This document shows, piece by piece, positions 41,521 to 51,166 of a stretch of 64,000 nt of DNA. The notes under the pieces are model-generated. The model ran no database searches and was not told where the DNA came from. It worked only from the letters and a program-made list of their open reading frames with translations. The stretch's first letter is position 1. Every line of letters begins with the position of its first letter. The translations under genes were made by a program, and so were the position numbers. The DNA comes from Vicinamibacteria bacterium (lineage in GTDB: Bacteria > Acidobacteriota > Vicinamibacteria > Marinacidobacterales > Marinacidobacteraceae): NCBI GenBank assembly GCA_963668695.2, contig CAXXLQ010000004.1, forward strand, positions 1,760,001 through 1,824,000. The letters run 5' to 3'.

Positions 41521-41557
41521 CCTTGAAAATTGGAAGCCGGACATCCAATTTTCAAGG
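41521..41557. terminator. 14-bp AT-rich perfect hairpin between convergent genes
   Basis: ccttgaaaattgga-N9-tccaattttcaagg. Confidence 0.45.
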
Positions 41558-41573
41558 ATTTTCGGGCTGAGCG

Positions 41574-42026
41574 TCAGACGTTCCGGGCCGGCCCGACCTC
41601 CGCCGAGACGCCGAACAGATCCGCGATCTTCTCCGCGAGCAGGTCCCGCGTCTCCCGGAACCGGAGCAGCATCTCCTCCTCGCCCCAGGCCTCGGCCGGA
41701 TCCTCGAGCGGCCAGTGGAGACGCCGCACCGCAGCCGGCACCACCGGGCAGACCTCCTCGGCGCAGAGGGTGACCACCAGGTCGGCGCGCTCGAGGTGGA
41801 TTTCGGCCATCCCCTTCGAGCGCGCCCCGCTGATGTCGATCCCGACCTCGGCCAGCACCCGTATCGCCATGGGATGGACCCGCCAGGGGTTCGACCCGGC
41901 GCTCAGCACCATCGTCCCCCGGGGGGCGATCCGGCGGGCGAGCGCCTCGGCGAGCTGACTCCGCGCCGAGTTGGCGACGCAGAGGAACACAATGGTTCGG
42001 GGAGCGTTCTCTTCCGGAGTGGCCAC
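41574..42026 (-). CDS. arsC: Arsenate reductase (LMW-PTP family)
   Basis: CVANSARSQ, SAGS.P, TLC...VCP, HWPLEDP. Confidence 0.88.
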   Translation of the reverse strand: MATPEENAPRTIVFLCVANSARSQLAEALARRIAPRGTMVLSAGSNPWRVHPMAIRVLAEVGIDISGARSKGMAEIHLERADLVVTLCAEEVCPVVPAAVRRLHWPLEDPAEAWGEEEMLLRFRETRDLLAEKIADLFGVSAEVGPARNV

Positions 42027-42218
42027 GGTCGCCCGGATTCTACGGACGCCATCCCGGATTTCTCATAGCGGCGATCCCGGCGGTGGTGCGCGAGGAGCAA
42101 GCCCCGATCCGGGCTATTCTTCTGGCCCCCCGAACCGTTCTCCGGCGCGTTCCGGAACCCCGGTTCCGCGGGGCCGATTCGGAGCCTCCGAATCCTGAAT
42201 CGCCCCGACTCGTTCCCC

Positions 42219-42260
42219 TCGTGATGCCCTGTTCGTGATGCCCTGTTCGTGATGCCCCGT
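42219..42260. repeat. 14-bp tandem repeat
   Basis: tcgtgatgccctgt x3 (last copy imperfect). Confidence 0.7.
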
Positions 42261-42305
42261 AGCGCGCCCCCTGCCGCGACGCAGCGCGCCCGGACTCCCA
42301 CCACC

Positions 42306-43037
42306 GTGAGGAACCTCCTGCGGACGATGCTCGCCCTCGGCCTGGTTCCCCTCCTCGCCTTCGCCGCCTGCGGCGATGCGGAGGTGGCGGAACAGATTTC
42401 CGAAGCCCGCGAGATCGCCGTCCCCCCCGCGCCCACCCCGGCGGACGAGACCGATTCCCGCCCGGCGCTGATCGCCTTCGGGGACAGCCTCACCGCCGGC
42501 TACGGGATCGAGCCGACGGAGGCCTGGCCCGCCCGGCTTCAGGAACTCCTCGATGCCGAGGATCTCGGCTACCGGGTCGTGAGCGCCGGGGTGTCCGGGG
42601 AGACGACCTCCGGCGGACTCCGCCGCCTCCCCTGGGTGCTCGACCGGAACCCGTCCGCGGAAGTGGTGGTCATCGCCCTCGGCGGCAACGACGGGCTTCG
42701 CGGCATTCCGGTGGACGTGATGATGGACAACCTGCGGGGCATGATCCGGGAGGCGGAAGGACGCGGCCTCACGGTGCTGCTGGCCGGGGTCCCCACGCCC
42801 CCCGAACTCGGGCGGGACTACGAGGAGGGCTTCGCGGAGACCTTCCGCGAGGTCGCGGTCGACACCGGCGTTCCCCTGCTGCCAAGTCTGCTCGCAGGGG
42901 TGGCGGGCGTCGCCGAGCTCAACCAGCGGGACGGAATCCATCCGAACGCCGAAGGGGCGCGACTGCTGGCGGAGACCGCCTTCGAGGCCCTGAAACCCCT
43001 GCTCACGGAACCTTCCGGGGCGGCCGGCGTTCGCTGA
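42306..43037 (+). CDS. GDSL arylesterase/acyl-CoA thioesterase lipoprotein (TesA-like)
   Basis: FGDSLTAG, GVSGETT, LGGNDG, DGIHPN; lipobox FAAC. Confidence 0.9.
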   Translation: MRNLLRTMLALGLVPLLAFAACGDAEVAEQISEAREIAVPPAPTPADETDSRPALIAFGDSLTAGYGIEPTEAWPARLQELLDAEDLGYRVVSAGVSGETTSGGLRRLPWVLDRNPSAEVVVIALGGNDGLRGIPVDVMMDNLRGMIREAEGRGLTVLLAGVPTPPELGRDYEEGFAETFREVAVDTGVPLLPSLLAGVAGVAELNQRDGIHPNAEGARLLAETAFEALKPLLTEPSGAAGVR

Positions 43038-43047
43038 GGGGGCGTTA

Positions 43048-43248
43048 GGCAACCCATGGACAAAGTCACGCGGCGTTCGAGCGGCGATGCATCCCGGCTG
43101 AAACACTCCGCTGCGCGTCGCTCATCGTTGCGCTTCGGTCGAAATACACCAGGTATTCCTCCCTCGCGCGCCTTGTCAGCCGGGCGCCTCGCCCCCACCG
43201 GGAGAACTGGCGCTCTCGGCGCTCACGTCACCTTGTCCATAGGCTGCC
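43048..43248 (-). mobile_element. MITE-like element, copy 6
   Basis: Ends ggcaacccatggacaaagt / accttgtccataggctgcc. Confidence 0.82.
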
Positions 43249-43297
43249 AGGCAATCGATCCGCTCATGAAGCAGCGAAAGGACCCCTGCCAGTCGTG

Positions 43298-44002
43298 ATG
43301 ATGATCCAGGCCTCCGGCCTCACCAAGACCGTCAAGAGCGGCGATCGGGACCTCACCATCCTCAGCGGGCTCGACCTCGAAGTTCCGGCGGGGGAGATCG
43401 TCTGCGTCCGGGGACCCTCGGGCAGCGGCAAGTCCACGCTCTTCGGCCTGCTGGCGGGTCTCGACCACCCGACCACCGGGACCGTGGAGGTGGCCGGCAC
43501 CGATCTCACCGGCCTCGACGAGGAGAGCCTGGCGCTCTTCCGTTCCCGGAACGTCGGCTTCGTCTTCCAGTCGTTCCACCTCCTGCCGAACCTCACCGCG
43601 CTGGAAAACGTCGCGGTACCGCTCGAGATCGCGGGAGCCCGCGACGCGCTCGATCGCGCCCGGGAACTTCTCGATTCCTTCGGGATCGGCGAGCGGGGGC
43701 ATCACCTGCCATCGCAGATGTCCGGCGGCGAGCAGCAGCGGGTCGCCATCGCCCGGGCCGTCTCCAACGAGCCGCGCGTGGTGTTCGCCGACGAGCCCAC
43801 CGGCAACCTCGACGAGGAGACGGGGGCCCGGATCGCCGAACTGCTCGTCGGAGTGCGCGACCGCACCGGCGCCACCGTGCTGGTCGCCACCCACGACACC
43901 GAGCTGGCCGCCCGCGCCGACCGCCGGCTGCTGCTCCGCGGCGGCCGGCTCCACGAAGACGCGCCCGTCCCGGCGCTCGAGCCGGTGCTGGCCGCCGTCT
44001 AA
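43298..44002 (+). CDS. ABC transporter ATP-binding protein (YbbA-like)
   Basis: GPSGSGKST, MSGGEQQR, ADEPTGNLD; between the tesA-like and permease genes. Confidence 0.9.
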   Translation: MMIQASGLTKTVKSGDRDLTILSGLDLEVPAGEIVCVRGPSGSGKSTLFGLLAGLDHPTTGTVEVAGTDLTGLDEESLALFRSRNVGFVFQSFHLLPNLTALENVAVPLEIAGARDALDRARELLDSFGIGERGHHLPSQMSGGEQQRVAIARAVSNEPRVVFADEPTGNLDEETGARIAELLVGVRDRTGATVLVATHDTELAARADRRLLLRGGRLHEDAPVPALEPVLAAV

Positions 44003-44130
44003 CAGCCCGTGGACAAACCGCCCCGCATCGAGTCCGCGGGAACGAACACGCGCGAGGCGCCGTCTTCGCTGGATGCGGGGCGCTTCCCCCACGGGGTGAC
44101 GGTGCGCATCGCTACGCGCGGCGCATCGTC

Positions 44131-44193
44131 CTCTTTCGCGGGGCGGGGAAACTCTTTCGCGGGGCGGGGAAACTCTTTCGCGGGGCGGGAAAA
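44131..44193. repeat. 21-bp tandem repeat x3
   Basis: ctctttcgcggggcggggaaa x3. Confidence 0.8.
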
Positions 44194-44294
44194 CCCCTCC
44201 CCGCACCCCTCCCCTGCGACGCTTCGCGCCGCAATCGGAACCTGGCGGACTCTCGCCACCGCGCCTTAAGGCGGACACGGGCAGGCAACTCGTA

Positions 44295-46826
44295 GTGCGG
44301 TTCGCGCTCCGGATGGCGTTCCGGGAACTTCGTTCGTCCGCCCGCCGGCTCTCGCTCTTCTTCGTCGCGGTGGGCATCGGCGTCGCGGCGATCGTGGTGC
44401 TCCGCTCGGCGGCCGACAGCCTGCAGTCGGCGCTTACCAACGAGTCGCGCTTCCTGATGGCCGCCGACGTGACCGTTTCCACCGGGGAGGGCTTCGACGA
44501 CGAAATCGAGGCCATCGTCGACGACGTCGCCTCCGGACACCCCCTCACCGGGGTGGCGCGCTCGGCCCAGATCGCGACCCTCGCGCGCTCGGCCGACGAC
44601 CCCCTGCGGGGCGCGATGGTGGAGCTCAAGGCCGTGGACGGCGCGTTCCCGCTCTACGGCGAGATGGAGATCGCGGGGGCCCGCTTCGGGCCGGAGCTGC
44701 TCGCCGGACGGGGGGCGCTGGTCCGGCCCGAGGTGCGGGTCCGGCTGGGCCTCGAGATCGGGGATCCGATCCTCCTCGGCGGGGAGCCCTTCGAAGTGCG
44801 CGGCGACCTGCTCAAGGAACCGGGCGCCGGGATCGATTTCTTCCGGCGCGGGCCGCGGGTGCTGGTCGGGCTCTCCGATCTGCTCGAAACCGGCCTCTTG
44901 GACGTCCCGGAACGCGCCCGCTGGGAGGTCCTGTTCTCCGTGGACAGCGAGGCGGCGGTCGGCGGGCTCTCCGCGGGACTCCAGGCCGCGCTCGAGGACC
45001 ATCCGGTCCGGGTGCGGACCTACCGCCAGACCGGCGACCGGATCGCCCGCCGGATACGCCGGGGCGAGGACTACCTGAGCCTCGCGGGATTCGTGATCCT
45101 GCTGCTCGGGGGGATCGGCGTCTTCAGCGTGGCGCGGGCCTTCACCCGCCAGAGCCTGCCGTCGGCGGCCATCGAGCGCTGCCTCGGGGTTCCCTCGCGC
45201 ACGATCCTGCTGATCGCGCTGCTGCAGATGGCGGTCCTCGCCGGGTTGGCGAGCGCTTTCGGCATCGCCGCCGGAGCAGTGGCGCTGCAACTCTTCATCC
45301 CCGAGGTGGAAGTGGGCGGCCTCCAGATCGCGGCGCGCCTCACCCCCGCGGCCGCGATGCAGGGTGCGTTTACCGGAGGGTTGGTCTCGCTGTTGTCCGC
45401 CGTGTTCCCGCTGCTGCCGCTCCGCCGGGTCCGGCCGCTCGGGCTGCTCCGGAGCGGGGACATGCTGGACGAGCGGGGGTCTCCGGGCGCGCGGCGGCTC
45501 GAAGGAGCGGTGGCGGCCGGGGCCGTCTTGCTGTTCTTCGGGCTGGCGGGCTGGCAGTCAGGGTCGCTCCGCATCACGCTGGCGGTCACCGGCGGGTTCG
45601 TGGTCGTCGCGGTGACGCTCTGGATCCTGGGCGGCCTGATCCTCCGCGCCCTGGCCCCGCTCGCGACGGCCCGCGCGTTTGCGGTCCGCCACGCGGTGCG
45701 CACCGTGCTCCGGGGCGCCCGGCAGGTGCGGGTGGTGCTCGTCGCCCTCGGCGTCGGGGTGTTCCTGGTGCTCGCCACGGTGGGCATCGAACGCAACGTG
45801 CAGCGCGAGTTCTCCTTCCAGGAGAGCAGCGACGACCCCGATCTGTTCTTCCTGGACATTCAGGCCGACCAGGTGGACGGGGTCCGCGCGAACGCGGCGG
45901 CCCGGGGGGTGCCCGACATCGCGCTGATTCCGGTGCTGCAGGCGCGGATCCAGGGGATCTTCGGCCGCGACGTCCACCTCGAGGACCGGGCCGCGGTGCG
46001 GCGCGCCGGCGGGCTCTCGCGGGAATACACGGTGAGCGCGCGCGACTCGCTCGAAGACAACGAGATCGTCACCGAGGGCGAGTTCTGGGGCGACCGTCCG
46101 GCGGAAGGCGTCGAGGTCTCCATCGAGAACTGGGTGCAGGAGGACCGCGGCGTCCAGCTCGGGGACACGATGCGTTTCGAGATCCTGGGCGAGATGCTCG
46201 ACGCCCGGGTCACCTCCATCCGCGACGTGGAGTGGCGAAACGCGCGAAACGGCGGCTTCACCTTCCTCTTCCACCCGGACAACGTCCAGGACTTCCCGAT
46301 GTCCTACGCGGGGTTCGTGCGGGGTCCCGACGACGTGGTGGAGCGGGCCCGCTTCCAGGGCGCGGTGGTGGGGGAATTCCCGAACGTCTCGGTGGTGGAT
46401 CTCCGCGACGTGCTGGACACGATGCAGCAGGTGGCCGACAGCGTCGCGCTCGCGATTCGCATCGTGGGCCTCATCGCCCTCGTGGGCGGCCTGCTCATCC
46501 TGATCGGCACCGTGGCGGTGCACATCGGCGCCCGCCGCCGCGAGACCGCGGTGCTCCGCGTCTTCGGAGCGGGGCGCAACCGGGTGCTCGCGATCACCCT
46601 GCTGGAACACGGCGTCATCGGCGCGGTCGCAGGGGCCGCCGCCGCCGTGGGCGCTTCCGCGACGGCCTTCTTCGTGGTGCGGCAGATCATGCTGCTCCCC
46701 TTCGAGGCGGACCCGATGCTCCTGCTGCTCGCGATCGTCCTCCCGGCGCTCGGCGCGGCCGCGGTCGGTGGCCTCGCCGCGGTGGACATCCTCCGCAAGA
46801 AACCCCTCGCCGTCCTCGCGGACTGA
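44295..46826 (+). CDS. ABC transporter permease (YbbP-like, two FtsX domains)
   Basis: MAFRELRSS, LKAVD..FPLYG, FFLDIQ, R..ETAVLR.FG. Confidence 0.88.
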   Translation: MRFALRMAFRELRSSARRLSLFFVAVGIGVAAIVVLRSAADSLQSALTNESRFLMAADVTVSTGEGFDDEIEAIVDDVASGHPLTGVARSAQIATLARSADDPLRGAMVELKAVDGAFPLYGEMEIAGARFGPELLAGRGALVRPEVRVRLGLEIGDPILLGGEPFEVRGDLLKEPGAGIDFFRRGPRVLVGLSDLLETGLLDVPERARWEVLFSVDSEAAVGGLSAGLQAALEDHPVRVRTYRQTGDRIARRIRRGEDYLSLAGFVILLLGGIGVFSVARAFTRQSLPSAAIERCLGVPSRTILLIALLQMAVLAGLASAFGIAAGAVALQLFIPEVEVGGLQIAARLTPAAAMQGAFTGGLVSLLSAVFPLLPLRRVRPLGLLRSGDMLDERGSPGARRLEGAVAAGAVLLFFGLAGWQSGSLRITLAVTGGFVVVAVTLWILGGLILRALAPLATARAFAVRHAVRTVLRGARQVRVVLVALGVGVFLVLATVGIERNVQREFSFQESSDDPDLFFLDIQADQVDGVRANAAARGVPDIALIPVLQARIQGIFGRDVHLEDRAAVRRAGGLSREYTVSARDSLEDNEIVTEGEFWGDRPAEGVEVSIENWVQEDRGVQLGDTMRFEILGEMLDARVTSIRDVEWRNARNGGFTFLFHPDNVQDFPMSYAGFVRGPDDVVERARFQGAVVGEFPNVSVVDLRDVLDTMQQVADSVALAIRIVGLIALVGGLLILIGTVAVHIGARRRETAVLRVFGAGRNRVLAITLLEHGVIGAVAGAAAAVGASATAFFVVRQIMLLPFEADPMLLLLAIVLPALGAAAVGGLAAVDILRKKPLAVLAD

Positions 46827-47115
46827 TCAGGGAGACCGCGTACCGCCGAGCGCGCAGAAGCGCGGGGACACCCAGTGCTAGGAGCGCCGGTCTTCAGGCC
46901 CCCACCGGGAGAACTGGCCAGCATCGCCCGCGTAGCGGGCGAAACTCCCATCGCCGAGCGCGCAGAACGGGGACGGCTAGAAGCGCCGACCTCCAGGTCG
47001 GCACAGCCCGCCGCAGGCGGGCGGAGTCGCGTATCGCTGAATTGCGTCGAGCGCGGCCGAGCACGGGACCGCCGACCTCCAGTCCCCCATTGTTGACCTT
47101 GTTGATTCACTCGGA

Positions 47116-47232
47116 ATGGGCAGCGGCGATCTATTCAGGTATCTTCCGTTCTTCTATCTTCTGTTCTTCGGGGGCCTTATCTTGCCGCTGCTTCTGACTA
47201 TCGTCCGCTGTTCTCGAAGGGCGGGCGCCTGA
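47116..47232 (+). CDS. Possible 38-aa single-TM peptide
   Basis: Hand translation MGSGDLFRYLPFFYLLFFGGLILPLLLTIVRCSRRAGA; ends 11 bp before the next gene. Confidence 0.3.
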   Translation: MGSGDLFRYLPFFYLLFFGGLILPLLLTIVRCSRRAGA

Positions 47233-47243
47233 AGGTACTGAGC

Positions 47244-49742
47244 GTGGGCACGGTTTTGTGGTTGTGGTTCGCCCTGATGGGGCAGCCCTCGGGAGACAGT
47301 GCGTCCCGCACGGCGCCCACAGCGCCCTTCCCGGAGCACGATGCCCCTGTCCTCGCCCCTGTCCTCGCAAACGCGGCGGACCTCACCGGCGTGGTCCAGC
47401 GCTACTGCGTCCGCTGCCACAACGAGCGTCTCCTGCGCGGGAATCTCACGCTGAAGGAGTTCGTCGTGGACGCGGCGCATGAGCGGGCCCCGACAGCCGA
47501 GAAGATGATCCGGAAGCTGCGGGCCGGGATGATGCCGCCGCCGGGCCAGCGCCGCCCGCCGCCCGACACGCTGCTCGCCCTGGTCGAGACGCTCGAGACC
47601 GTGGTCGACCGCGAGGCCGCCCGCGACCAGAACCCCGGCTCGCGGCGCTTCCAGCGGCTGAACCAGGCCGAGTACGAGCGCGTAATCCGCGATCTCCTCG
47701 ATCTCGAAATCGAGGCCGGTCGCTGGCTGCCGGCGGACACCTACCTCGGCGCCTTCGACAACATGTCGGACGCGCAGGGTCTCTCGCCTACCCTCCTCGA
47801 GGCCTACCTGAGGGCCGCCACGGAGGTTAGCCGGATCGCCGTTGGCAACCCGGACGCGCTCTCCAAGACGGCCAAGTACACGAATCCGATCGACGTCTCG
47901 CAGCACGCCTGGGATCACATCGAGGGCACGCCGTACGGGACGCGCGGCGGGATGGTCGTCACCCACGACTTCCCGGTGGACGGGGAGTACGTGATCTCGA
48001 TCGAGACCCTCTTCGGCCAGGGGACCGGCTTTCAGGATGTCGACATCTCCATCGACGGGGAGGGCGTCGCCCTCCTCGGCCTCGAGCACGGCGGCCGCTC
48101 GACGGTGCCGATCCGCACCGAATCGATCTTCGTGCGGGCGGGCCAGCGCCAGGTCGCGGTGGCCTTCGTGCGCACGATCGAGGGGCCGTACGAGGACCGC
48201 CTGAAGACGCCGGGCTGGTCCTTCGTCGGAGGCGAGGACTCCCAGGCGTGGGCGAACTACGGGATCACGGCGCTGCCACACCTGAGCGAACTGATGATCA
48301 CCGGCCCGCGCCGCAGTGCGGGGCTTTCGGAGACGGCGAGCCGCCGAAAGATCTTCAACTGCCATCCGGGATGGGGTGGGGCGACGGTGGCGGACGTTCC
48401 CGAGGAGGCCTGGGCCTGCGCGGAGTCGATCGTGATCCGGCTCGCACGCGAGGCGTACCGGCGTCCGGTCACGGACGACGATCTCGCCGGGCCGATGGCC
48501 TTCTACGGTCGCGCCGCAGCGGAGGAGGGATTCGAGATCGGCGTTCGGACCGCGCTCCAGGCGATCCTCGCCAGCCCGTCCTTCATCTTCCGTCTCGAGC
48601 AGGCTCCGCCGGAGGTCCTGCCCGGTGAGAGCTACCGGATCGCGGACGTGGACCTCGCGTCGCGGCTCTCGTTCTTCCTCTGGGCGGCAGGCCCGGATGA
48701 CGAACTAGTGACGCTGGCCGCGGAGGGACGGCTCTCGGATCCGGCGGTTCTCGAGTCGCAGGTGCGGCGGATGCTGGCGGACCCGCGGGCCGAGGCGCTT
48801 TCAACGCGCTTCGCCTCGCAGTGGCTGCGGCTTCAGGACGCGGAGGATAACCAGCCCGAGCCCTTTCTCTATCCGGACTTCACCGGCCAGCTCCGCGAGG
48901 ACCTGGTCCGTGAAACGCAGCTCTTCTTCGACCACCTCGTGCGCGAGGACGGAAGTCTGCTCGAACTCTTCACGGCGGACTACACCTTCCTGAACGAGCG
49001 CCTCGCGGCGCACTACGGGATTCCCGGGGTCTCGGGGCCCGAGTTCCGGCGCGTGAGCTACCCGTACGACAGCCACAGCCGGCGCGGCGTGCTGGGGCAC
49101 GGAAGCGTGCTGCTGCTCACGTCGATGTCCGCGCGCACGTCGCCGGTCCTGCGCGGGAAGTGGGTGATGGAGGTGCTGATGGGCACGCCGCCTCCGCCCC
49201 CGCCGCCCGACATCCCCGCCTTCGACGAAACCGAATCGGCCCGGGACGGGCGGCTGCTCACAACGCGCGAACGGCTCGAGATGCATCGGGCGAATCCGAC
49301 GTGCCGCGCGTGCCACCGGTTCATGGACCCGATCGGACTCGCGCTCGACAACTACGACGTGACGGGGCGGGTGCGGGTTCGCGAGAACGGCGTCGCGCTC
49401 GACACGCGGGGAACCTTCTACGACGGGACCGAGGTGAGCACGCCTGCCGAACTCGTCGACGTCCTCATGAAGCGGCCGATCCCCCTGGTCCGGAACTTCA
49501 CGACGCACCTGCTCGCGTACGCGATCGGACGCCGCGTGGAGTACTTCGACCAACCCGGGATCCGGGCCATCGCCCGCGAGGCGGAGGCCAACGACTACCG
49601 AATGTCCTCGTTCATCCTCGGCGTCGTGAACAGCGACCCGTTCCGGATGGCGCGTCCCGCGCCCGCCGTGGACGAGCAGGAAGAAGAGCAGGAAGAATCA
49701 GAAGAATCCGAAAATCGGACAAGAAACGGAGCGGGCTCATGA
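47244..49742 (+). CDS. DUF1592/DUF1588/DUF1585 (PSCyt-type) c-type cytochrome domain protein
   Basis: CVRCH and CRACH heme motifs, RLN..EY, LASRLSFFLW, TSPVLRGKW. Confidence 0.9.
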   Translation: MGTVLWLWFALMGQPSGDSASRTAPTAPFPEHDAPVLAPVLANAADLTGVVQRYCVRCHNERLLRGNLTLKEFVVDAAHERAPTAEKMIRKLRAGMMPPPGQRRPPPDTLLALVETLETVVDREAARDQNPGSRRFQRLNQAEYERVIRDLLDLEIEAGRWLPADTYLGAFDNMSDAQGLSPTLLEAYLRAATEVSRIAVGNPDALSKTAKYTNPIDVSQHAWDHIEGTPYGTRGGMVVTHDFPVDGEYVISIETLFGQGTGFQDVDISIDGEGVALLGLEHGGRSTVPIRTESIFVRAGQRQVAVAFVRTIEGPYEDRLKTPGWSFVGGEDSQAWANYGITALPHLSELMITGPRRSAGLSETASRRKIFNCHPGWGGATVADVPEEAWACAESIVIRLAREAYRRPVTDDDLAGPMAFYGRAAAEEGFEIGVRTALQAILASPSFIFRLEQAPPEVLPGESYRIADVDLASRLSFFLWAAGPDDELVTLAAEGRLSDPAVLESQVRRMLADPRAEALSTRFASQWLRLQDAEDNQPEPFLYPDFTGQLREDLVRETQLFFDHLVREDGSLLELFTADYTFLNERLAAHYGIPGVSGPEFRRVSYPYDSHSRRGVLGHGSVLLLTSMSARTSPVLRGKWVMEVLMGTPPPPPPPDIPAFDETESARDGRLLTTRERLEMHRANPTCRACHRFMDPIGLALDNYDVTGRVRVRENGVALDTRGTFYDGTEVSTPAELVDVLMKRPIPLVRNFTTHLLAYAIGRRVEYFDQPGIRAIAREAEANDYRMSSFILGVVNSDPFRMARPAPAVDEQEEEQEESEESENRTRNGAGS

Positions 49743-51166
49743 ACTTCATCACCGGAACACACCTCTCGCGCCGCACCTTCCTGCGGGGGGCCGGCGCCAG
49801 CGTGGCGCTGCCCCTGCTCGACGCGATGGTTCCCGCCGGACGGCTGTGGGCCAACCCGAGGAGGGCGGCGGGATTTACGCGGCTCGTCTGCATCGAGGAG
49901 TCGATGGGCGTGGCCGGCTCGAGCGACTGGGGCGATGTCCGCCACCTCTTCGCGCCGGCGACGACCGGACGCGGCTTCGAGCTGGTCGCGGACAGCCAGC
50001 TCAAACCGCTGGAGGCGTTCCGCGAGTACATGACGATCGTGAGCAACACGGACTGTCGATCGGCGGAAGCGTTTCGGGCGGAGGAGATCGGCGGCGACCA
50101 CGACCGATCGACGGCGGTGTTCCTGACCCAGGCCCATCCGAAGCAGACGCAGGGGTCCGACCTCTTCCTCGGCACTTCGCTCGACCAGCTGCATGCGCAG
50201 CGCTTCGGGCGGGAGACGGTGCTCCCGTCGCTCGAACTCTGCATCGAGGGCATCGATCGCGGCGGCGGCTGCGCGTACAACTACCACTGCGCGTACACGA
50301 CCTCGCTCGCGTGGGCCTCGCCCAACCAGCCGCTTCCGGCGATCCGCGAGCCGCGCGTCGTGTTCGAGCGGCTGTTCGGCGCCGGGGACACGGCCGAGGA
50401 CCGAGCGGCGCGGCGCCGCACGGACCGCAGCATGATCGACTGGATCGCGACCGAGGTCACTCGGCTCAAGAGAACTCTGGGCGCGGCGGACCGGGTCGCG
50501 CTGGACGAGTACGTCGAGCACATCCGCGAGATCGAACGGAGGATCCAGCTCGTCGAGGCGCGCAATACGAGCGGGGAGGAACGGGAGATGCCGGAGGCCC
50601 CCTCCGGGGTCCCGGATTCCTTCGAGGAGCACATGCAGTTGATGTTCGACCTGCAACTGCTCGCGCTGCAGACCGACCTCACGCGCGTCATCACCTTCAA
50701 GACGGGCTTCGATCAGTCGAACCGGACGTTCCCCGACTGCGGGACGACGAAGTCCGTCCACGGGGCCTCGCACCACGGCAACGTCCCCGAGGACATCATG
50801 GACTTCAACCGGATCAACACCTACCGGCTCGGCCAGCTCGCCTACTTCCTCGAGAAGATGCGCGACACGGTGGAAGGCGACGCCTCGCTCCTCGACAAGA
50901 CGGCGATCATCTGGGGCTCTCCGATGGCGGACGGGAACCTCCACAACCACCGGCGAGCGCCGCTGCTCGTTCTGGGCGGGGCGAACGGGGCGCTGGAGGG
51001 CGGCCTCCATCTGCGGGCTCCGGACGGGACCCCAATGGCGAACGCCTTCGTGAGCCTGATGCGGAAGATCGGACACCCGGAGATGGCCACTTTCGGCGAC
51101 AGCGACGGCGTGTTCCCGCTCGACCTCACGGGCGAAGCGGCCTCCGGCGGGAGCGGCTCGGCATGA
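49739..51166 (+). CDS. DUF1552 domain protein (Tat-exported)
   Basis: LSRRTFLRGAG..ALPLLDAM, PRVVFERLFG, HGASHH, GNLHNH. Confidence 0.9.
   Translation: MNFITGTHLSRRTFLRGAGASVALPLLDAMVPAGRLWANPRRAAGFTRLVCIEESMGVAGSSDWGDVRHLFAPATTGRGFELVADSQLKPLEAFREYMTIVSNTDCRSAEAFRAEEIGGDHDRSTAVFLTQAHPKQTQGSDLFLGTSLDQLHAQRFGRETVLPSLELCIEGIDRGGGCAYNYHCAYTTSLAWASPNQPLPAIREPRVVFERLFGAGDTAEDRAARRRTDRSMIDWIATEVTRLKRTLGAADRVALDEYVEHIREIERRIQLVEARNTSGEEREMPEAPSGVPDSFEEHMQLMFDLQLLALQTDLTRVITFKTGFDQSNRTFPDCGTTKSVHGASHHGNVPEDIMDFNRINTYRLGQLAYFLEKMRDTVEGDASLLDKTAIIWGSPMADGNLHNHRRAPLLVLGGANGALEGGLHLRAPDGTPMANAFVSLMRKIGHPEMATFGDSDGVFPLDLTGEAASGGSGSA

Noticed and set aside
44001-44020. Solo element end (also 16704-16719 and a partial body at ~4900-4970)
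   Set aside because: No matching partner end was found; treated as remnants and not counted as full copies.
49846-51162. N-terminal 439 aa of the 1167-aa ORF
   Set aside because: Shadow frame over DUF1552; the ankyrin gene starts at 51163.
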